NCBI GenBank assembly: GCA_051745285.1 | Contig: JBNJDX010000001.1 | Location: 67,150-131,149 of the forward strand | Length of the DNA: 64,000 nt | Direction of reading: 5' to 3' | Source of the DNA: Spirochaetota bacterium | GTDB lineage: Bacteria > Spirochaetota > Spirochaetia > CAKZLE01 | Shown here: positions 1 through 10,074 of the stretch, one piece after another | Position numbering within the stretch: position 1 is the first letter of the stretch | Layout: each line of letters starts with the position of its first letter | Notes under the pieces: generated by a model | Told to the model about the DNA's origin: nothing | Seen by the model: only the letters and a program-made list of their open reading frames with translations | The model's database searches: none | Translations under genes and position numbers: made by a program

Positions 1-444
1 GCATATGAAAACAATATCCAAGGTCTGATAGAGCACTCCACCAAACAAGTAGGTATTGCAGTAGGTCTTCTCGTAGATTCGGCAGTGTGAAAGGTTTAGG
101 TTTGTCTCTTCCCAGACCTCTCTGTGAACTCCATTCTCCGCGGTCTCACCCGGTGCTAAAAATCCCCCGGGAAGATCTAAAGACCCTTTTTTCGGCTCCC
201 GTAATCTTTTCAGAAGTACAATTCGTTCTTCAGGGTCTTCAATCAATGCCATTGTACTAGCAGCTGCATTGATGAAGAAGGTAAAGCCGCACGCTGTACA
301 CTGGAACCTGTGAGGATAGGAAAACCCGAGCTGTTCGTTTATCTGGAGTTCGGGCTGAAATGTCTGTTTGCCGCAGGCGGGACAGAAAGAAACGGGAGTA
401 ACGGGGTAGAGATCGGCTGCTGTGGGGTAGTCGGGCAGTTGCAT
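1..444 (-). CDS. NUDIX hydrolase with N-terminal zinc ribbon (partial; C-terminus runs off the window edge)
   Basis: Hand translation of the minus strand from the ATG at 444 gives MQLPDYP...CPACG...CTACGF (two CxxC pairs). This is followed by the Nudix box GGFLAPGETAENGVHREVWEETNL. The frame stays open to position 1. It is not in the ORF track because it is open-ended. Confidence 0.75.
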   Translation of the reverse strand, partial: MQLPDYPTAADLYPVTPVSFCPACGKQTFQPELQINEQLGFSYPHRFQCTACGFTFFINAAASTMALIEDPEERIVLLKRLREPKKGSLDLPGGFLAPGETAENGVHREVWEETNLNLSHCRIYEKTYCNTYLFGGVLYQTLDIVFIC

Positions 445-738
445 GGGCTGATTATACCAGAAACTCGCGTGTGATGTAAAACAACCTGGTGTTATGTGCC
501 CTCAATCACTTCAAGGCATTAAACAAAACAGAGGCTCGCAGCTTTCCCACGGCGAGTCCAACTGGTACTCTACATGATCGCTGAGATACTACCTGCTGCC
601 AGGCTGGCCGCCGGAGTATTTGCACCGGCAGCCCGAAGTGTGGGCCTATCCGCATTGTTTCCAGGTAAAAGCTTCTTGTCCGATTACCAGCAGGAAAGTG
701 CAGACCCGGCAGTGTATACCATCCCCGGGCCTGTGTCG

Positions 739-1923
739 CTATTGGCTCCGGTTAATAGTTCCGACTATGCCCTCAACCAGGAAATCCATTGAGAGCATTT
801 CCTCGTCACTCATAACGTCTCCGTCACTGACAATGAGATTTCCCTCCTGGTCGTAGATGGGACCGGTAAAAACATCCCAGGTACCAGATTCAATCATATT
901 TCTCACATCATCAACTTCCGAGCGGACCTCTTCCGGTACAAGCGGGCTGTAATCAGAGAGCTTCACTGTCCCTTCCTCCAGGCCTCCCCAGTAGTCATGG
1001 GTTTCCCACTCTCCCTCTATCGCCTGAGTGACTGTGTCAGTATAGTAGCCTCCCCAGTCCCATACCGGCGAACAGAGAACGGTGTCACCCACAAACTTCC
1101 TCATATCGGCATCATAGCCGATGCTGTAGGCCCCACGCTCTTTGGCGGCCTTGGGGGGCTCGATTGTATCCTGGTGCTGTGCAAGAATATCAGCACCGGA
1201 ATCCAGCAGTTCGATAGCAGCCTGACGTTCCTTGGTGGGGTCATACCAGGTGTTAGTCCACACAACGCGAACCTCAACATCCGGGTTCACCAGCTGTGCT
1301 CCAAGAGTAAAAGCGTTCAGACCCCGAATCACTTCCGAGTTCGGGAAAGCAGCCACGTACCCAATCATATTGGACTCAGTCATCGATCCGGCAACAATAC
1401 CCGAGAGATAGCGCGGCTGGTACATACGGCCGAAGTAGGTAGCCATGTTGTCAGCTGTTTTAGATCCTGAACAGTGCTCAAACAGGGTGTCGGGGTAGTT
1501 CATGGCTGTCTCATACATATAATCCATATACCCGAACGAAGTAGCAAATATCATATCATACCCCTGCCGTGCATACTGGGACATGACTCGCCTTGACTCG
1601 GGTCCCTCTTCAACACTTTCGATGTAGGTGGTAGAGACCCTATCTCCTAGCTCTTCAGCCATCTCACGTCTCCCAACGTCATGCATATAGGTCCACCCGA
1701 GGTCCCCGGGAGGCCCAATATACACAAACGCCACTTTAAAGGCTTCATCTGAGGAATCAGTGGAATCTCGTTGCGTATCCCCATCCTGCTCGACTACTTC
1801 AGAAGGTTGTTCATCAGGGACCGATTCGCTTTCTGCCGGTTGTTGAGTCTCCTTCGAGCAGCCGGTGAGGGCAAGGATGAACAACACCCCGGCCACAAGC
1901 CACAGGAAACTTATTTTTCTCAT
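739..1923 (-). CDS. BMP-family (PnrA/Med-like) ABC transporter substrate-binding lipoprotein
   Basis: The 412-aa ORF was trimmed to the internal Met MRKISFLWLVAGVLFILALTGC, which has a signal peptide and an LTGC lipobox. An AAGGAG RBS precedes this Met. The body (AFVYIGPPGDLGWTYMHD...) is typical of the Bmp family. Confidence 0.85.
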   Translation of the reverse strand: MRKISFLWLVAGVLFILALTGCSKETQQPAESESVPDEQPSEVVEQDGDTQRDSTDSSDEAFKVAFVYIGPPGDLGWTYMHDVGRREMAEELGDRVSTTYIESVEEGPESRRVMSQYARQGYDMIFATSFGYMDYMYETAMNYPDTLFEHCSGSKTADNMATYFGRMYQPRYLSGIVAGSMTESNMIGYVAAFPNSEVIRGLNAFTLGAQLVNPDVEVRVVWTNTWYDPTKERQAAIELLDSGADILAQHQDTIEPPKAAKERGAYSIGYDADMRKFVGDTVLCSPVWDWGGYYTDTVTQAIEGEWETHDYWGGLEEGTVKLSDYSPLVPEEVRSEVDDVRNMIESGTWDVFTGPIYDQEGNLIVSDGDVMSDEEMLSMDFLVEGIVGTINRSQ

Positions 1924-2021
1924 AAAACACTCCTTTTCATCTCTAGAAAGAAACATGGTACTGATTCGCTCCAGCAACCTGCGTGATGCGCTGTGAAAAA
2001 TTCTAGCGATACGTTACTGTA

Positions 2022-2759
2022 TCACAAAAACCGCCTTTTTCGGGAACCTTTTCTCCCCCTTTTCTCAATCCTGCTTGGCTCAGCTTCTTTTTTTACTCTC
2101 TGATCACGATTCATACGCCACACATAGACCGAAGCGGCAATCTCCTCGTCAAGGGCAATATTTGAACCGTCGCATTCAATAACAATCGAAGGGGATATCT
2201 GATGTACCTGTACCACGACCCCTGGGCGAATCTGCAGAAGTTCAAGCAACTGCAGTTGATGCGAATCATTGCAGTGGACCGCAGCTACCCTCCCGGACTC
2301 TTCCGGCTTGAGTTCCAGCAGGGAAAGGGAGGGGCTCCTGAAGGTTTTCTGTTCCCTCCGACAGCATTCACCTGTTGGTATCGGTAGGCCATCCGGGCAT
2401 GTACGCGGATGGCCAAGCAGCGTGCACAGCGCATCGATAAGATCAGTATCAATGATGTGTTCGAACTCACAGGCGGCTAATTCATATGAATCAATCTTGA
2501 GTACATCATGCAGCAAACGTTCCGCAAGACGGTGGGCTCGGATAATGTTCCTCCCGATCTCTTCTCCCTGCCCTGAATAGCTTATTTCCCCGCTTTCCTC
2601 ATCAATGTAGATAAGCTTTCTATCAACTAGTTCCTGCGTGAGGTTTCGGTCATATTCAGAGCCAACATAATCTGCGAGCGTCTCAAGGCTTGCATGTCCC
2701 CGCTCAAGGAGAATCCATACGGCCTCAATGTATTCATCAGCAGTATTAAAGCGATCCAT
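2022..2759 (-). CDS. DtxR/MntR-family metal-dependent regulator with C-terminal FeoA (SH3-like) domain
   Basis: The N-terminus has a winged helix and a dimerisation region (AHRLAERLLHDVL, HPRTCPDGLPIP). The C-terminus has a FeoA-like segment (GRVAAVHCND...LQIRPGVVVQV). The gene lies directly downstream of feoB on the same strand. Confidence 0.8.
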   Translation of the reverse strand: MDRFNTADEYIEAVWILLERGHASLETLADYVGSEYDRNLTQELVDRKLIYIDEESGEISYSGQGEEIGRNIIRAHRLAERLLHDVLKIDSYELAACEFEHIIDTDLIDALCTLLGHPRTCPDGLPIPTGECCRREQKTFRSPSLSLLELKPEESGRVAAVHCNDSHQLQLLELLQIRPGVVVQVHQISPSIVIECDGSNIALDEEIAASVYVWRMNRDQRVKKEAEPSRIEKRGRKGSRKRRFL

Positions 2760-2783
2760 TGCAACTCCTTTTTCAACATGAAC

Positions 2784-4745
2784 TTAACCCAACATGCCCT
2801 GAAATGCAAGCAGTATCCAGTTGAGTATCCCGGCTAGAAAAATAGTTGAAGCATTTATTGCCAACAGCATCGCTGCTCCTGCGCGGGGCCCCGCCTCCTT
2901 AAACATGGCTACTACGTTGGCAAAACAGGGGACAAACATAGTGGTAACAACTACAGCTATGATACTCTGTACAGCAGTCAGCATACCAGCATCTGAGAGC
3001 CGCAGTATGAGTCCCGCAGCTGCCTCTTCCCTGGCAATAAGCAGAATCAGCGCCTCAACCATTTCGATGGGGAGGCCCATCCAGGTGACAACAACTGGTC
3101 GGAGAACCCCCTTGAGCAGATCAAGGAAACCGATCAGATCCATCACGTAGAGAACCGCGGCAGCCCCGACGAAAACCGGTATTGCCTCCTTAAGAAACCA
3201 CCACAAGCGAAACAGGGTTTTCTTAAGCACCTCCCGAACAATCGGCCGGCGGAAAGGTGGAAGCTCCTGGATAAAACTTGAGGCCCCATCATCCTTGATT
3301 ACCAGATTCAAAACTTTTCCGGCTGCTACCTCCACAAGAATAAGAAAAAGACCGGCAATAAAGAGGGGAATGATACCAGCTTTCCCGAGTATCGCTATAT
3401 TCAGTGCAAGCTGCGGCGAACAGGGAAGAGCAAAGGCAATCAGGTAGATGGCAATCAGCCGCTCTTTACGGGAGGAGAGCGAACGGGTAGTCAGTGTAGC
3501 CATGGTTTTGCAGCCAAAGCCCAAGATAATTGGCATAATAGCCCTGCCTGAAAGCCCGATCTTGTTGAAAAAGCGCCTGAGCAGCACCGATAAGTTGGGA
3601 AGATAACCAATATCCTCTATAACGCCAAAAATCAGGAAAAAAACCGAAAGAATAGGAAGTACCGTAAAAATTGCGTTGAACAGTCCCAAAGTGAGCAGGC
3701 CAAACTCGCCAATAAGCACATCCTGGAGCATGGGTGCTGTTATGGCCCCCTCCAGAAAAGCCACAGCGGGAATCAGCAGTGTATCCTCTAGAAAACCAGA
3801 TATACGGCCGGCAACCACAACAACTCCCACATATGTCACAGCCAGGAGAGCGGCCAGGAAGACAAGCCCGTAGAGCGGATGCCGGCTGTAATAAGCTAAC
3901 CGGGCAGCACTGTCGCGTTTTTGCTTACGGGGGGCCCCTCCGCTTACAATTCTACTATAGAGTTCATCTGTCCATTTGGCCCGTGCTCTGTTTATGTGTA
4001 ATTGGATTTCTCCTTTTACCTGTTTCCTGGTTTCTGCGACCACCTCTTGAATATCGTCTGCCGCCTGCGCAGCCTCCCCGTACACCTTCGAATTAAGTTC
4101 TATCTCCGGCACATGAGAATCTCCGAGTAGTAACTGGAGAGCAACTTTCCGCTTCGAAATCAACGTCGGGGGTAGATGGGCCTCTATGGCGGAGAGAGCC
4201 GCCTCCTGCTCTTCAGAATAGGCAATCCGCGAGCCGGGAACTTCAGCCTGGAAGAGGGCTTCCTTCAAGTCATACATCCCCACACCCTCACGAGCAACGG
4301 TTTTGACAACCGGAATCCCAAGGACTCTCGAGAGCCGTTCTGCGTCTATGGTGTAACCCTTTTTTGCCGTCTCATCTATAGCATTGAGACTAAGGACCAT
4401 GGGTATCTCCAGTTCAAGAAGCTCACTAGTCAGTCGCAAAGACTGCCTGATTCTATTTGAATCAATACACTGGATAATGACCTCTGGTCTCTCGGCAACG
4501 AGGGTTCTCCTCACAAGCAGCTCTTCAGCAGAATTCTCCCCCAGGGCGTTCACACCGGGGCTGTCAAACAGCTTCCACCGCACCCCTTTGAAGTCAAAAC
4601 TCCCCGTAGCCAATTCAACGGTCGTCATAGGATAGTTGGCCACCAAGTTATAATCACCAGTGAGCTGGTTGAAGATCTGAGTTTTTCCTGAATTTGCCAG
4701 ACCGATGATACACGCTTTACGGGTCTCAGTAGACTGTTTCACCAT
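2784..4745 (-). CDS. feoB: Ferrous iron transporter FeoB
   Basis: 653 aa. The N-terminal G domain (GLANSGKTQIFNQLTG, DSPGV) is followed by a polytopic membrane domain. Confidence 0.95.
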   Translation of the reverse strand: MVKQSTETRKACIIGLANSGKTQIFNQLTGDYNLVANYPMTTVELATGSFDFKGVRWKLFDSPGVNALGENSAEELLVRRTLVAERPEVIIQCIDSNRIRQSLRLTSELLELEIPMVLSLNAIDETAKKGYTIDAERLSRVLGIPVVKTVAREGVGMYDLKEALFQAEVPGSRIAYSEEQEAALSAIEAHLPPTLISKRKVALQLLLGDSHVPEIELNSKVYGEAAQAADDIQEVVAETRKQVKGEIQLHINRARAKWTDELYSRIVSGGAPRKQKRDSAARLAYYSRHPLYGLVFLAALLAVTYVGVVVVAGRISGFLEDTLLIPAVAFLEGAITAPMLQDVLIGEFGLLTLGLFNAIFTVLPILSVFFLIFGVIEDIGYLPNLSVLLRRFFNKIGLSGRAIMPIILGFGCKTMATLTTRSLSSRKERLIAIYLIAFALPCSPQLALNIAILGKAGIIPLFIAGLFLILVEVAAGKVLNLVIKDDGASSFIQELPPFRRPIVREVLKKTLFRLWWFLKEAIPVFVGAAAVLYVMDLIGFLDLLKGVLRPVVVTWMGLPIEMVEALILLIAREEAAAGLILRLSDAGMLTAVQSIIAVVVTTMFVPCFANVVAMFKEAGPRAGAAMLLAINASTIFLAGILNWILLAFQGMLG

Positions 4746-4767
4746 ATCAGCACAGTAAATCCATGCG

Positions 4768-4781
4768 GTTGATTAGTCAAC
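4768..4781. promoter_or_regulatory. Candidate metalloregulator operator upstream of feoB
   Basis: The sequence GTTGA-TTAG-TCAAC has perfect 5-bp inverted arms with a 4-nt spacer. It sits 23 bp upstream of the feoB start codon, and a DtxR-family gene lies in the same operon. Confidence 0.3.
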
Positions 4782-4843
4782 GAGCAAAGACCCCATTCTT
4801 TGCCTTACCAGGAACGATTTGGTGCACTCACACCGAGTCACCG

Positions 4844-4870
4844 GCACCCTTCCTTGAGGGTGCTAATTTT
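4844..4870 (+). terminator. Terminator-like hairpin in the leader of the oad operon
   Basis: GCACCCT-tccttg-AGGGTGC forms a 7-bp stem followed by TAATTTT. It sits in the 303-bp spacer between divergent feoB and oadG, with no upstream plus-strand gene to terminate. Confidence 0.35.
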
Positions 4871-5048
4871 CCCTGTAATGGGGGAGAATAATACTTTCAA
4901 ACAATTGGCGAGCCTTGAAAGGAAAAACAAGAATCGATATAGTTACCGTGAACGATTTTGCGCCCGCAGGTGTAGGCTGTATGCGTTTGAAAACGCGCAT
5001 CGCAGTTATCTTACACCGAGCGCTACTATATATCGTAAGGAGCGCACA

Positions 5049-5306
5049 GTGTCATTTGTCGAACAAGGTTTAGTTCTGATGATAGTAGGGATGGCTGTTG
5101 TTTTTTCCTTCCTGATTATTTTGGTTTTCAGCACCAAACTACTTTCCTCCTTCATACACAAATTCTTCCCAGAAAAAGAACAGGTCGTGAAGAAGCGAAC
5201 ACAGCCCGCCGGAAAGCCTGCCCCCACCGGGGGATCCGGGGCAAGCTCATCTGATGCCGAAATCGCCGCAGCCGTAGCCGCTGCTGCAGCCTATTCAAAA
5301 CGTTAA
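5049..5306 (+). CDS. oadG: Oxaloacetate decarboxylase gamma subunit (small membrane anchor)
   Basis: A GTG start lies 6 nt after an AAGGAG RBS. The N-terminal TM helix is QGLVLMIVGMAVVFSFLIILVF, followed by an Ala/Pro-rich tail. The gene is immediately upstream of oadA. The longer track ORF (start 4800) is rejected as an unsupported 5' extension. Confidence 0.6.
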   Translation: MSFVEQGLVLMIVGMAVVFSFLIILVFSTKLLSSFIHKFFPEKEQVVKKRTQPAGKPAPTGGSGASSSDAEIAAAVAAAAAYSKR

Positions 5307-5321
5307 ACAAAAGGAGCTTTC

Positions 5322-7172
5322 ATGAAAAAACGAATAAACTTTATGGTTACGGCATTCCGGGACGGTTTTCAGTCTGTCTACGGCGCCCGTGTATTCACCA
5401 AAGATTTCATGCCGGCAGTTGAGGCTGCTGCTAACGCAGGTATTGACCATTTTGAAGCTGGCGGAGGAGCACGATTTCAGTCCCTCTATTTCTATTCAAA
5501 TGAGGACGCCTTTGAGATGATGGACCAGTTCCGAGAGGCTGCAGGTCCCGACGCTAATTTACAGACCCTTGCACGAGGCGTGAACGTGGTGGGACTTGAT
5601 TCTCAGCCACGTGATATCATCAAACTACACGCCGACCTGTTTAAAAAACACAGCATTACCACCATACGAAATTTTGACGCCCTTAATGACGTGAACAATC
5701 TCATCTACTCCGGCCAGTGCATCCACGATGCAGGGCTGAAGCATGAAGTGGTTGTCACGATGATGGCGCTTCCCCCCGGAGCCTCGGGTGCACACGACCC
5801 GGACTTTTACGAGGGCGTACTGAAAAAAATTCTTGATGCGGGGATCCCCTACAGCTCCGTCTGTTTTAAGGACGCCTCGGGAACATCTACCCCAAAAGTT
5901 GTCTATGAAACCATCAAGCGCGCCAGAAAAATGCTTGGCGACGATACAAAGATAGTGTTCCATACCCATGAAACGGCAGGAGTTGCAATTCTACAGAATA
6001 TGGCTGCCATTGAAGCCGGTGCCGACCAGGTAGACCTCTCCCTCGCTCCAGTTTCAGGCGGCACCTGTCAGCCTGACCTGATCACGATGTGGCACGCCCT
6101 CCGAGGCACCGACTACGATCTGGGTATCGATATTGACAAAGTCATGGAAGCCGAAGAGATTTTTAAGGAATGTATGCAGGACTACTTCATGCCGCCTGAG
6201 GCGACTATGGTTAATCCTATTATTCCGTTCTCCCCACTACCCGGGGGAGCGCTTACTGCTAACACACAGATGCTCCGTGACAATGACATGATGGATAAAT
6301 ATCATGAGATAACCATGGCCATGGCGAAAGTTATTGAACGGGGTGGTTTTGGTACCTCTGTAACACCAGTTTCTCAGTTCTATTTCCAGCAGGCCTTCAA
6401 CAACGTAATGTTCGGTCCCTGGAAGAAAATTGCTGAGGGTTACGGGAAGATGGTGCTTGGCTATTTTGGCAAGACACCGGTGAAACCGGATCCCGAAATC
6501 GTGAAAATTGCTGCCGAGCAGATGGGCCTTGAACCCACCGAGGAACTTGTTGTGGACCTGAATGACAAAGATCCAAAGAAGGGAGTGAAAGCTGCAAAAG
6601 CGGCTCTGGACAAAGAAAATCTTCCGGTGAACGATGAAAATATTTTTATTGCTGCAGCATGCAAGGAAAAGGGCATCCAGTACCTGAAAGGAGAAGCCCG
6701 CGTCAATGTCCGGAAGCAGGAGAAAAAAGAGGAAAAACCAACGGCTCCGGCTGCTGACGGCTATACAGTTACGGTTAACAATAGGCCCTATGGTGTGAAG
6801 CTTGAGGGGAATAAAGCCGTAGTAAACGGCGTTAGTTATGATATCTCGGTACAAGAGGGCATTGATGAGAAAGCTATGCAGGCTTCAGAGTCAAAGCCCG
6901 CTCCCACCCAACAGGCAGCACCTGCCCCCGCTCCAACTGCTTCTTCTTCGGATGGTTCCGGTACAGAGGTGAAAGCCCCCATGCCAGGACTTATACTCCG
7001 TATTGAGAGTAAAGTAGGTGAAAGCGTTGCAGATGGAGATCTCATCCTGGTTATGGAAGCCATGAAGATGGAAACCGAGATTTTTGCCCCCTGTGCCGGC
7101 ACAATCCAGGCGATTAACGTCTCCCAGGGTGACCAGTTGAAAGCTGGCGATGTACTGGCTGTCATCAGCTAA
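5322..7172 (+). CDS. oadA: Oxaloacetate decarboxylase alpha subunit (carboxyltransferase plus biotinyl domain)
   Basis: 616 aa. It has an HMGL-like TIM-barrel N-terminus, an Ala/Pro linker, and a C-terminal biotin attachment motif, EAMKMET. Confidence 0.9.
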   Translation: MKKRINFMVTAFRDGFQSVYGARVFTKDFMPAVEAAANAGIDHFEAGGGARFQSLYFYSNEDAFEMMDQFREAAGPDANLQTLARGVNVVGLDSQPRDIIKLHADLFKKHSITTIRNFDALNDVNNLIYSGQCIHDAGLKHEVVVTMMALPPGASGAHDPDFYEGVLKKILDAGIPYSSVCFKDASGTSTPKVVYETIKRARKMLGDDTKIVFHTHETAGVAILQNMAAIEAGADQVDLSLAPVSGGTCQPDLITMWHALRGTDYDLGIDIDKVMEAEEIFKECMQDYFMPPEATMVNPIIPFSPLPGGALTANTQMLRDNDMMDKYHEITMAMAKVIERGGFGTSVTPVSQFYFQQAFNNVMFGPWKKIAEGYGKMVLGYFGKTPVKPDPEIVKIAAEQMGLEPTEELVVDLNDKDPKKGVKAAKAALDKENLPVNDENIFIAAACKEKGIQYLKGEARVNVRKQEKKEEKPTAPAADGYTVTVNNRPYGVKLEGNKAVVNGVSYDISVQEGIDEKAMQASESKPAPTQQAAPAPAPTASSSDGSGTEVKAPMPGLILRIESKVGESVADGDLILVMEAMKMETEIFAPCAGTIQAINVSQGDQLKAGDVLAVIS

Positions 7173-7183
7173 AGGAGAGTTGC

Positions 7184-8344
7184 ATGAATCTATTCTATGC
7201 TCTACGAGAATTTTGGATGTCTACCGGCCTCATGAATTTCACCTGGGGCCAGCTTGTGATGATCCTTGTTGGCCTTGTGCTGCTTTATCTCGCAATAAAT
7301 AAAAAGTTTGAGCCTCTTCTCCTCGTCCCCATCGGCATGGGCGCAATCCTGTCGAATATCCCGCTTGCAGAAATTGCTAATGTTGAGGCGGATGGGTTTA
7401 TCGGGATTCTCTACGAATCCGGTGTTGCACCAGGGCTCTTCCCGCTTCTGATCTTCATGGGTGTGGGGGCTATGACCGACTTCGGCCCGCTGATCGCTAA
7501 TCCAAAAACGCTGTTGCTCGGAGCTGCTGCGCAGTTTGGTATCTTTTTTGCCTTAGTGGGCGCTGTACTGCTGGGAACTACTCCGTATATTGACTTTAAC
7601 CTGTTCGATGCCGGTTCCATTGGAATCATTGGAGGCGCCGACGGGCCGACAGCGATTTATGTTACCAGTCGTCTCTCGCCTGACCTATTAGGCCCGGTCG
7701 CGGTAGCTGCCTACTCATATATGGCGTTGGTTCCGATCATCCAGCCACCGATCATGCGTGCTCTGACGACGAAAGAAGAGCGCATGATCAAGATGGAGCA
7801 GCTTCGCCACGTGACCCAGCTTGAGAAGATACTCTTTCCCATATCAGTTTTGATACTGTGTATTATCCTCCTGCCATCTGCGACCCCGCTTGTTGGTTCC
7901 CTGATGTTCGGAAACCTTGCGAAAGAAAGTGGAGTCGTGGCCCGACTTTCAGATACCATGCAGCACGCGTTGATGAACATCGTAACGATCTTTCTCGGTT
8001 TGTCTGTCGGTTCAAAGATGCAGGCGGATCAGTTTCTCAAACTAGAGACACTTGGTATTCTAGCTCTGGGTCTGGTGGCCTTCTCAATTGGAACAGCAAC
8101 TGGGTTGCTACTTGCTAGGCTCATGAACAAACTCACAAAACATGAACCGATTAATCCCCTCATTGGCGCAGCGGGAGTTTCTGCAGTCCCTATGGCCGCA
8201 CGTGTTGCCAATAAGGTCGGACAGGAAGCGAATCCTCACAACTTCCTACTCATGCATGCGATGGGTCCCAACGTAGCAGGCGTCCTGGGTTCATCTGTCG
8301 CCGCTGGTGTGCTTTTAGCCATTGTTCCCGTTATTGGCGGGTAG
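7184..8344 (+). CDS. oadB: Na+-translocating decarboxylase beta subunit
   Basis: 386-aa polytopic membrane protein that follows oadA after an 11-nt gap. This matches the classic oadGAB order. Confidence 0.9.
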   Translation: MNLFYALREFWMSTGLMNFTWGQLVMILVGLVLLYLAINKKFEPLLLVPIGMGAILSNIPLAEIANVEADGFIGILYESGVAPGLFPLLIFMGVGAMTDFGPLIANPKTLLLGAAAQFGIFFALVGAVLLGTTPYIDFNLFDAGSIGIIGGADGPTAIYVTSRLSPDLLGPVAVAAYSYMALVPIIQPPIMRALTTKEERMIKMEQLRHVTQLEKILFPISVLILCIILLPSATPLVGSLMFGNLAKESGVVARLSDTMQHALMNIVTIFLGLSVGSKMQADQFLKLETLGILALGLVAFSIGTATGLLLARLMNKLTKHEPINPLIGAAGVSAVPMAARVANKVGQEANPHNFLLMHAMGPNVAGVLGSSVAAGVLLAIVPVIGG

Positions 8345-8397
8345 CAAAGCGCACTGCTCTGCACAGGCTTTACGGCCTGTCAGATTCACATAGAATG

Positions 8398-8440
8398 GAA
8401 GCTGCTGCAGTCGAAACATACTGCAGCAGCTTCTTTTTGT
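8398..8440 (+). terminator. Rho-independent terminator of the oad operon
   Basis: Perfect 14-bp stem GAAGCTGCTGCAGT / ACTGCAGCAGCTTC with an 8-nt loop, followed by TTTTTGT. Confidence 0.85.
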
Positions 8441-8509
8441 ATGCTTGCAATTGTAGATCACGCTAACCCGTGGTATGCTTTTTGGCACATACAAAACCGG
8501 AGGCCGCCT

Positions 8510-9010
8510 GTGCGTCTAAAGAAACGAAACGATTACATCAGTTGGGACGAGTATTTTATGGGAGTTGCTATCCTTTCTTCCAAACGAAGCAAGGATCCCT
8601 CAACCCAAGTGGGAGCCTGCATTGTCAGCGAAGATAAAAAGATCGTCGGAGTTGGTTACAACGGATTCCCAATCGGCTGTGACGACGATGTGCTGCCCTG
8701 GGACAGGGAGGGAGAGTTCCTTGAGACCAAGTACCCGTATGTGTGCCACGCCGAACTCAATGCAATACTTAACAGTATTTCACGGGATTTGCGGGGATGC
8801 ACCATCTATGTTGCCCTCTTTCCCTGCAATGAATGCACAAAGGCGATCATCCAGTCCCGCATCAAAGAGGTTGTCTATCTTTCTGACAAGTACGCGGATA
8901 CCGATATTGTCAGAGCATCAAAGCGGATGATGAATCAGTCGGATATCGCTTATCGCCAGCTCAACCTCAAAGATCGTCATCTGACTATCGATTTTTCCGT
9001 GGACGATTAA
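8510..9010 (+). CDS. dCMP deaminase (ComEB/CMP-dCMP deaminase zinc-binding family)
   Basis: SWDEYFMGVA..., the HAELNA zinc/catalytic motif and PCNECTKAI are present. A GTG start at 8510 lies 6 nt after a GGAGG RBS. The track ORF begins at 8441. Confidence 0.85.
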   Translation: MRLKKRNDYISWDEYFMGVAILSSKRSKDPSTQVGACIVSEDKKIVGVGYNGFPIGCDDDVLPWDREGEFLETKYPYVCHAELNAILNSISRDLRGCTIYVALFPCNECTKAIIQSRIKEVVYLSDKYADTDIVRASKRMMNQSDIAYRQLNLKDRHLTIDFSVDD

Positions 9011-9148
9011 ATTCCTGATTCTACCTCTTGATACGTGGCAAGCAAGAGAGTTCCTCCTGTCTGATGCCCTCGTTTGACAGGCGGCCCGTGTCAGAAGGGT
9101 ATGATCTGGACCTGTAGCTTTAAGGGGAACAACCTGTACGGAGGTGGT

Positions 9149-10072
9149 ATGGAAGGGAAACAAATCCTTGCTGTCTGTTTAAACCCGACATTTCAAAAGA
9201 CTCTGGTGTTTACTTCTTTTTTAGAGAATGAAGTAAACAGGGCTGACGAGCACTTTGAGGATGCTGGGGGCAAGGGACTCAATACTGCCAGAGTTCTCAG
9301 TCAATTAGGAGTACCCTCTGTTCATCTCACCCATATCGGGGGGCCTCAAAAGGAACTGTATCTGGATTACAACCACAGAGACAGCATCGGCATTTCCTGC
9401 CTTGAAGTTCCCACACCCATTCGTACCTGCTACACTGTTATCAATAAAAGAAACCAGACGGTCACAGAATTGGTCGAAGAAGCCTCAGCAGTGCCTTCCG
9501 GAACTGCAGAAAGGGTCCTTACGCTTTTTGAGGAGTTGGTATCCAGGAGCGGGATCGTTGTTTTCTCAGGGTCAATCGCCCCGGGCTACCCCGATTGGCT
9601 CTATCCTCACATGGTCCGTATTGCAAAACAAGCTGGTGCCCGTGTCATACTTGATGTACGAAAAGAGACTCTTTTAGCATGCCTTGAGTATAAGCCGGAT
9701 ATTATCAAGCCCAATGTCAATGAATTTATTCAAACGTTTTTCCCTTCTGCAGTACTGGGAGAACATGATGCAGATGAGAACATCCTCTCTGCAGTCGACG
9801 AAAAAATGGTTAACCTGCAAAATGCCTACGGAGTGGTGACGATACTGACCCACGGGAGCAGACCTACTCGTTACCTTGATGATAATCGGGTACAATTGCT
9901 TCCAGTTGAGACCAGCATAAACGTGGAGAACACCGTAGGCTCAGGAGATGCCTTCACAGCAGGACTCGCAGCTTCCCTGTATCGCGGTCAGTCTATAAAA
10001 GAAGCCGTAAAAAAGGCCCAGGAATGTGGGCAGTTGAATGCTGCCCACATTCGGCCGGGAAGGATTGCGTAG
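9149..10072 (+). CDS. PfkB-family sugar-phosphate kinase (1-phosphofructokinase / tagatose-6-P kinase type)
   Basis: An internal ATG follows a GGAGG RBS, giving MEGKQILAVCLNPTFQKT. The C-terminal nucleotide motif VGSGDAFTAG is present. Confidence 0.75.
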   Translation: MEGKQILAVCLNPTFQKTLVFTSFLENEVNRADEHFEDAGGKGLNTARVLSQLGVPSVHLTHIGGPQKELYLDYNHRDSIGISCLEVPTPIRTCYTVINKRNQTVTELVEEASAVPSGTAERVLTLFEELVSRSGIVVFSGSIAPGYPDWLYPHMVRIAKQAGARVILDVRKETLLACLEYKPDIIKPNVNEFIQTFFPSAVLGEHDADENILSAVDEKMVNLQNAYGVVTILTHGSRPTRYLDDNRVQLLPVETSINVENTVGSGDAFTAGLAASLYRGQSIKEAVKKAQECGQLNAAHIRPGRIA

Positions 10073-10074
10073 TC

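Noticed and set aside
574-792. 72-aa and 78-aa ORFs in and around the NUDIX/Bmp spacer
   Set aside because: They are short, overlap the 3' end of the Bmp gene, and have no RBS or recognisable motif. The 445-738 spacer is left unannotated.
6237-6854. 205-aa ORF antisense to oadA
   Set aside because: It lies entirely inside the well-supported oadA reading frame on the opposite strand. Its composition is low-complexity and Phe/Leu-rich, it has no RBS, and I recognise no motifs. It looks like a typical shadow ORF.
8483-8498. TGGCAC hexamer upstream of the dCMP deaminase start
   Set aside because: There is no GC dinucleotide at the required +12 register (the sequence reads TGGCACATACAAAACC), so it is not a sigma-54 -24/-12 element. 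Other TGGCAC occurrences (for example near 27484, 27814 and 48552) fail the same test or lie inside coding sequence.
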